Positions 58,580-64,000 of a stretch of 64,000 nt of DNA are shown in pieces. Numbering within the stretch: the first letter of the stretch is position 1; every line of letters starts with the position of its first letter. A program made the position numbers and the translations under genes. Below the pieces are notes generated by a model that was not told the DNA's origin, ran no database searches, and saw only the letters and a program-made list of their open reading frames with translations. Source of the stretch: a virus; IMG/VR virus record IMGVR_UViG_3300025418_001265, positions 32,980-96,979 of that record; one strand, written 5' to 3'.

Positions 58580-59105
58580 TTGTTATCTTCGGTTTTTTTT
58601 TATTATTAGAGTCAATTAACTGATTTACTTTATCTGTTAATATGTTAACCTTATTCTCTAATTTATCAATAGCATTTATAATATCTTCATAACGAGTTTG
58701 TTTATTTAAATCAAACTCAAGCTGATTAGGATCAGAAGGCGGCTGTACAAATGCTTGTACTTGTTGTACGGGTGATGCTGCAAACTGAAAGTCAGGCTGC
58801 ATAACTGGTTGAGGTACTGGCTGCTGTAGTACAGGCTGAGCAGGAATAGATTGCGGCGGTACAGGGCGACCCATTGACTTCATTATATTTGAAGGCATCA
58901 CCTTGCTCATATCTATATCATTAAACTTAATACCATTGTTATCAACTGTTTGTTGCTTAAAGGTATTAAGATCGCCTTGAAGTTGTCTAGCCAGCAATGC
59001 TGCTACAACAAAGCTCTCATTACTAACATCACCAGTAGACTGAGCTAGACGTGCTAGCTCAGCCTCATTCAGTGTTCTTTTAGACTGGGCGATATTATCA
59101 GCCAT
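58569..59105 (-). CDS. Hypothetical protein, P/Q-rich linker and C-terminal coiled coil
   Basis: DPNQLEFDL motif followed by heptad repeats. Confidence 0.65.
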   Translation of the reverse strand: MADNIAQSKRTLNEAELARLAQSTGDVSNESFVVAALLARQLQGDLNTFKQQTVDNNGIKFNDIDMSKVMPSNIMKSMGRPVPPQSIPAQPVLQQPVPQPVMQPDFQFAASPVQQVQAFVQPPSDPNQLEFDLNKQTRYEDIINAIDKLENKVNILTDKVNQLIDSNNKKKPKITNGT

Positions 59106-59115
59106 TATCGATATA

Positions 59116-60012
59116 TTATAAGTTATCTAAACCGTTTAAGATATCTAATACTTTATCGTCGTTAGCTGTTGTAGCTTCTACTTTAGCTGCAGGTTTTGCT
59201 GTAGCTTTAGGTGCAGGAGTATCATAAGGAACATCTTCTTCCTCTTCTACTACAGAGGCAGCAGCTGGAGCATTACTACCATAATAATGTTGATCAATAA
59301 AAGCTTTAATTTCGTCGCTTGACTTACGTTCAATAAAAGCATTAAGATCAAAAGTATTATTATAGATTTCTGCAATCTTATCGTCATCTAAACCGTCAAT
59401 GGCAGATGCATTTAAGAACTTAGAAGCGGTATAAGTAGGGAACTTAGTAGCGCCTGGTCTATCTGATACTAGTTCGACTTTAATACGAAGACTACAGCCT
59501 TCAGGGCTTAAGTCGAAAATACGTGCGCCGAATTCTTGTGCATCATCTCCATTAATAGCAGATTGAATAATCTTATCTAATTGCTTACCGTAGCGTAGTA
59601 CCTTTACTGTACCATTATTTTCTGGGTTAACAGGATCATTAACTACATATACGTTAACGAACCAGTTCTCTTTACGGCGTAGATTTGCTTTAGCGCGTTC
59701 TTTATCAGCGTCACTACCTTCCCGTTGAATCTTAAAGTACAGTTCGCTTACAGGGCAACGATCACCCCAGGTAGATGGAGACGTAATACCGGTGTATTGA
59801 CCAGTAGCTACACTCTTCCAACCGTGATGATAATAATGAAGAATTGTCTCTTCTGGATTCTTAATATTAGGTAATAGTCTTACTGTATAAGGCTTATCGT
59901 TAGCCTCTAAAGATAGAATATTACGATATGCAGAACTACCACCGGTCTTGTTTTTAGTTTTATCAATAGCATTCTTAATGCTATCGAACATTGATGAATT
60001 ATAAGGTTTCAT
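59116..60012 (-). CDS. gp32: Single-stranded DNA-binding protein (gp32-like)
   Basis: VRLLP, HGW, CPV, NVYVVNDPVNPENNGTVK..RYGK, acidic tail. Confidence 0.9.
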   Translation of the reverse strand: MKPYNSSMFDSIKNAIDKTKNKTGGSSAYRNILSLEANDKPYTVRLLPNIKNPEETILHYYHHGWKSVATGQYTGITSPSTWGDRCPVSELYFKIQREGSDADKERAKANLRRKENWFVNVYVVNDPVNPENNGTVKVLRYGKQLDKIIQSAINGDDAQEFGARIFDLSPEGCSLRIKVELVSDRPGATKFPTYTASKFLNASAIDGLDDDKIAEIYNNTFDLNAFIERKSSDEIKAFIDQHYYGSNAPAAASVVEEEEDVPYDTPAPKATAKPAAKVEATTANDDKVLDILNGLDNL

Positions 60013-60044
60013 AATTAGTATGATAGATGTATATTAGTGTATTA

Positions 60045-60689
60045 TTATTTTTTATCAAGCGAAAGTTCATTTATTCTTTTTAATCCTTCTGTAATAATTT
60101 TTTTTGCTTTGGATGAATTATTCAACCGCATTTTAAATTTTACAATGTCATCTGCAACTGTTTTCAAGTAGATTTCTTTATCTTGGGATTGCATATTATT
60201 AAAAATAAATTCAAAATTGGGTAATGACAGTAAAACATAAAGATTTAAGTATTTGTTTCTATAATCCTCTAAACATCTCCAGGTATAACCGTCTTTAGAG
60301 TTACAGTACTGTTGTAGAGTTATTTTTTCATTGACACAGATACTTGCAATATGTTTTAATGATTCAAGAATATGTTTAATGTGGCCATCAGTATCGGGTA
60401 ATTCTTCGGCCCTCTGTTTCTGTAAGAGAGAGTAACAAGCGATGGCTTTTTGCGTGAGGTAGAAGTTGAGCGGGAAGTGTTCTTCGTCTTTGTAGATGAC
60501 ATAGGGTGCAAGTAAAAAGTCTTTAACATTTATTTGTGGAAAGCGCTTAAAAAACATATCTAAACGCGTGCAAAGGATTCCGTCTGGGGTTTTATCAAAC
60601 CCTTCGAAATCTTTACGTGCTTTCCAGGGCTTGTTCATATGCCCTCTAGAAACGCTTAAATATGTATTATAAACTTGTTCAATGCTCAT
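60045..60689 (-). CDS. Hypothetical protein (helicase-loader gp59-like by position only)
   Basis: 214 aa, adjacent to gp32 as in T4; no diagnostic motif recognised. Confidence 0.5.
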   Translation of the reverse strand: MSIEQVYNTYLSVSRGHMNKPWKARKDFEGFDKTPDGILCTRLDMFFKRFPQINVKDFLLAPYVIYKDEEHFPLNFYLTQKAIACYSLLQKQRAEELPDTDGHIKHILESLKHIASICVNEKITLQQYCNSKDGYTWRCLEDYRNKYLNLYVLLSLPNFEFIFNNMQSQDKEIYLKTVADDIVKFKMRLNNSSKAKKIITEGLKRINELSLDKK

Positions 60690-60695
60690 TAAGAG

Positions 60696-60992
60696 CTATG
60701 ATTTTAATATCTCTTTCACAACTTTGCTACGGCAAAGGTTGTTGTTATATTTTAAAAACAACAGTATTGCCTCTCTTTCACTATCAGTATCAGTCATTTC
60801 CATAAAAATTTTGCGGTATAATTTATTTTTAACAATAAGGGAAAAAATAGTAACATTGTTAAGCTTTTTGTTATGTATTACAGAACAAAACGAACCGAAT
60901 TTAATAAGTTCCAGTTCTAACTCGTCTCTAGCCATTTGACTGAGAGGGGTTTCTAAAACTGATTCTTGTAATGCGCCTACTATGCCAGACAT
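60696..60992 (-). CDS. Hypothetical protein
   Basis: 98-aa ORF in replication operon. Confidence 0.6.
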   Translation of the reverse strand: MSGIVGALQESVLETPLSQMARDELELELIKFGSFCSVIHNKKLNNVTIFSLIVKNKLYRKIFMEMTDTDSEREAILLFLKYNNNLCRSKVVKEILKS

Positions 60993-60993
60993 T

Positions 60994-61914
60994 TTATTCG
61001 ATTGGCGTGAGTAGTTTGGTGAAACTTAAAAACGATTCTGTTATTTTTCCACCCGCTGCATATTCGTGACCTCCCCCATCACATAATTTTGCAGCTAACT
61101 TTGATAAGTCTACTTCACATTTTTTATTTTTTCGGAATGATATGTGTGAGTTGTCCGAGTTGACAAAGAATACAATGTCAGCTGGGTGGGTGTTTAACAT
61201 ATAATCGCAAATTTCGTTAACAAATTTATTACCAGTAGTGCCGTATACACTTCGTTGTTTACCGCCTACAGAAACAGTTCCGCTAAAAATTTGTAATTCT
61301 GCTATAGCTTTATCTTTACGGTCTACGTATTCTTTTATAATTGCTTTTTCTTGAGTAGTAAAAGGTCTAAAACCGTTATAAAATTTTTCTATAAATATTT
61401 CTGCGCGGTGCTTAGTATTAGTTTTCTGAGTATTAGTATACAAACAGTTCAGTTCATATGTTTCGGGTAACTTGAACTGATAACAATCGTAATCATCTGC
61501 CAATGCAATAAAATATTTTTGTTGCTGAGTTAAACTATCTAACTTACCTAATGACTTAAAGTAGTTATAAGCTTTCTTTGCGCAAGAAGTGGTTTCGGTT
61601 ATACTGACTTCAGCATTCTTATAAACGTCTTTTGCATTGACGTGAGTTAAGTGATGATCTATAATGATAATATTTTTTCTATCAACTAGATCGGCGTGCT
61701 TAGCAACATCTAGATCTAAAATATAAATCTTGTCAAAGTCTTTGATATTATTTTGATCTAGCCAATTAAGAAAGTCTCTTCGAAAGTTAGTAACGGTGGT
61801 AGTTTTAAACGCAATTTGCCCTGGTTTTGCTCCTAGAGCCCAATGCAGGGTTAATATTGATGTAACTCCATCAATATCGAAGTCTGTAAAAACATATATC
61901 TTGTTAAAACTCAC
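60994..61914 (-). CDS. DHH/DHHA1 phosphoesterase
   Basis: DFDIDG, ILDL, IIDHH, SFR, GGGHEYAAG. Confidence 0.88.
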   Translation of the reverse strand: MSFNKIYVFTDFDIDGVTSILTLHWALGAKPGQIAFKTTTVTNFRRDFLNWLDQNNIKDFDKIYILDLDVAKHADLVDRKNIIIIDHHLTHVNAKDVYKNAEVSITETTSCAKKAYNYFKSLGKLDSLTQQQKYFIALADDYDCYQFKLPETYELNCLYTNTQKTNTKHRAEIFIEKFYNGFRPFTTQEKAIIKEYVDRKDKAIAELQIFSGTVSVGGKQRSVYGTTGNKFVNEICDYMLNTHPADIVFFVNSDNSHISFRKNKKCEVDLSKLAAKLCDGGGHEYAAGGKITESFLSFTKLLTPIE

Positions 61915-61929
61915 TATAATCTATTTAAA

Positions 61930-63282
61930 CTATAGGCTTATATTTTCAAGCTTATTTTCTAAGTCTAATATTGTATCTACACCACCACCGGATTTATTAC
62001 CTGTTAATCCTATATAACCTTTTTCTTCGGTTAATGAAAGTGTGGTATAATCAATACGCATTGCAGTTGCACCGTGTTTAGGTCCTAAACGATTTTTAAT
62101 ACCACCTACCTTAATAATACCTAAATCCTGATCACCTTCTTCTTGATAGATAGACCAAACAACATCTGCAGTGAAAGCTACCCCTAACGATTCACTTACG
62201 GTATCCAGACTTGGCTTCTCCATACCTTCCCGGTTAGTTTGAATAGCACTGACTACAGGCATATTAAAGAAATATGATAAAGCTCTCAATTCTTCAGCGG
62301 CTACCTTACCCTGTTCATAAGAGTTCTCACCTTGTGATGCCTTTATTAGTCCAAGATAGTCTATAACGAGTATATCCGGTTTTATCCCAGACTTTACTAA
62401 AGACTCAAGATAGGCCTTAATACCTGATACAGTAATGGATTTCGGTGGAAATTCCTTAATAATTAACTTACGTTTATGTGTATCAGTAACTCCTTTAAAG
62501 TATGCATCTAACGCGCCAATTTGACCCTGAATATTATTAATAGGGATTTTAGAAAGATGACTACTTAATCTTTTTGCATACATCATTTCAGGCATTTCTA
62601 AAGATATAAGCACTGTAGTTAAACCTTTGTTAGCCATATTAGCTGCTACATTACCTAAAAAGATAGATTTACCTACATTGGTCGGCCCTAAGAACAGATA
62701 AAGTGCTCTACCGTTCTTCATTAAACCACCACCAATCTTGTCGTCAATAAACCCCCAACCGGTAGGTAATACTTCGCTCTTTGTACCTAGTTCTGTAATA
62801 ATTTTTTCGTATTCACCGAAAAAGTCTAAACCAATATCACTAACTAGTGAGATATTACAAGCTTTTTCAAATAAAGATAAAAACTTAGGATAATCTGCCT
62901 TTTCTTTTGATACATCGTCTACTATCTTTAGTACTGCATTATATACAGCCTTCTCTTTAAAGAATTGCTCAGTATTAGCAATAAGCTCATCCATATTAAG
63001 AGCTGTATCGTATTGCTTATACGTTGTAACTGTATCTTTAAATAACTTTAGATCTTCTTCTTTACTGAGATAGGTTTTTATTTCAGTAATAGTAGGTAAA
63101 GCTTTACGCTTTACGTAAAAGTCTTTAATAATATTAATTACAAGCTTATTACCCGGGTTCTTAAAGTTCTCTGGTGATAAGTGATCTAATACTAAAGAAG
63201 TATAGTAAGCATTAGTTAAACATTGACAAGCTACAATGTTCTCAAAAAAATCGCTATTAACTTGAAGAGAGTTTTTCTTCAT
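61930..63282 (-). CDS. gp41: Replicative helicase (T4 gp41/DnaB-like)
   Basis: LPTGW, GPTNVGKS, ISLEM, IKEFP, VIDYLG, QTNR, SES, KNRLG. Confidence 0.93.
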   Translation of the reverse strand: MKKNSLQVNSDFFENIVACQCLTNAYYTSLVLDHLSPENFKNPGNKLVINIIKDFYVKRKALPTITEIKTYLSKEEDLKLFKDTVTTYKQYDTALNMDELIANTEQFFKEKAVYNAVLKIVDDVSKEKADYPKFLSLFEKACNISLVSDIGLDFFGEYEKIITELGTKSEVLPTGWGFIDDKIGGGLMKNGRALYLFLGPTNVGKSIFLGNVAANMANKGLTTVLISLEMPEMMYAKRLSSHLSKIPINNIQGQIGALDAYFKGVTDTHKRKLIIKEFPPKSITVSGIKAYLESLVKSGIKPDILVIDYLGLIKASQGENSYEQGKVAAEELRALSYFFNMPVVSAIQTNREGMEKPSLDTVSESLGVAFTADVVWSIYQEEGDQDLGIIKVGGIKNRLGPKHGATAMRIDYTTLSLTEEKGYIGLTGNKSGGGVDTILDLENKLENISL

Positions 63283-63305
63283 TCGTACATTATATATTAT
63301 AAAAT

Positions 63306-63334
63306 AAAAAAAGCTAAGGTTGCCCTTAGCTTTT
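63306..63334 (-). terminator. Intrinsic terminator after uvsX
   Basis: Minus strand AAAAGCTAAGG-GCAA-CCTTAGCTTTTTTT. Confidence 0.8.
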
Positions 63335-63338
63335 CTTT

Positions 63339-64000
63339 TTATTCTTTTGTAAGTTCTTCAGCTTCTTCTAGAACTGGGTTACTTGACCCGTACCCGACTT
63401 TTTCTTTAAGAGTCTGTTCGAGTACCGGTAGTACTTTCTTATCCCAAAACTCGGTATCGTTTTCCCAAGTCTTACGATAACCAATCTTCTCTCCATTAAA
63501 CTGGAATGTAGAACCGGTTTGTTGAATAACACCAAACGCTACTGCCATATCAGCTAAGCCAGCATAACGACTTAAACCAGTACGGAAGTTATTGTATAGC
63601 TCTGCTTTTAAGAAAGCAGGAACGAAACGGTTTTTAACCGTCATTGCTGACAATGTAACACCGCTCACGTTATGAGCTACTGCGATTGATTCTTCTCCTT
63701 CGTTTTTATCAATCTTTTCGTTTCGAGTCGCAAGCTGAACCAGCAAAGAAGCAAGATAAATAGGGCCAGAGCCACCGGACTGCTTTTTAACCAATTCAGG
63801 ATAGAGTGAAGTTGGGTTGTCATAAATATGATTAGTAAAAAGTATAGGCACACGAGCCTTAGCTGCTTTAAAAGTTAAAGCACGCATCATTGACTTCATT
63901 GCTTTAGCCTTAGTACCCATATCTGCTGCATCCTTACCTTCAGTAACGTCGCGAAGCTCTTTAGCACTTGCTAAGTTACCAAGACTATCAATAGCAATGA
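63339..64000 (-). CDS. uvsX: UvsX RecA-like recombinase, 5'-partial
   Basis: Frame extends upstream as IAIDSLGNLASAKE...DMGTKAK; also FTNHIY, SGGSG, KNRF. Confidence 0.9.
   Translation of the reverse strand, partial: IAIDSLGNLASAKELRDVTEGKDAADMGTKAKAMKSMMRALTFKAAKARVPILFTNHIYDNPTSLYPELVKKQSGGSGPIYLASLLVQLATRNEKIDKNEGEESIAVAHNVSGVTLSAMTVKNRFVPAFLKAELYNNFRTGLSRYAGLADMAVAFGVIQQTGSTFQFNGEKIGYRKTWENDTEFWDKKVLPVLEQTLKEKVGYGSSNPVLEEAEELTKE

Noticed and set aside
50375-63480. Antisense or overlapping short ORFs (50375, 51528, 53161, 53570, 55038, 55355, 57348, 58323, 60682, 61796, 63223)
   Set aside because: They overlap well-supported genes on the other strand and have no recognisable features
1-64000. 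Stop-codon reassignment
   Set aside because: Conserved genes are full length in code 11; TAG ends gp41 and TGA ends several genes; no suppressor tRNA

Overview
This window is a 64-kb segment of a large, AT-rich T4-like myovirus genome (standard code; TAA, TAG and TGA all used as stops). The host is probably Gram-negative, since the phage encodes a signal-peptide beta-barrel. 1-25 kb (minus strand): six fibre genes with Gly-X-Y repeats of two kinds, GAQ-type and a proline-free G-[Y/F/I]-[S/T] type. Four end in S74 intramolecular-chaperone domains. Embedded among them is a module of two His/Cys-rich propeller-like paralogs, two unknowns, a U32 Fe-S protein fused to a SAM methyltransferase, an inner-membrane permease and a porin remnant missed by the ORF track. 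24-46 kb: neck gp14, terminase gp17, a nucleotidyltransferase, gp3-like, sheath gp18, three gp19 tube paralogs and baseplate genes up to gp5. 46-54 kb: an intact outer-membrane beta-barrel, tRNA-Glu, tmRNA with a long tag, tRNA-Gly, and a cassette of three sulfotransferase-like genes plus SGNH-like, YkgJ-like and methyltransferase genes behind late-promoter motifs. 55-64 kb: RNase H, folE, gp45-like clamp, gp32, DHH phosphoesterase, gp41 helicase and uvsX. A TAA[A/G]TA motif lies 5-9 nt before many start codons, with no obvious Shine-Dalgarno. The best candidates for undescribed systems are (i) the U32/permease/porin/propeller module in the fibre region and (ii) a possible virion glycosylation/sulfation system acting on hydrophobic-Ser-[Gly/Ala] motifs. 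All family assignments come from motif recognition by eye, not from database searches.
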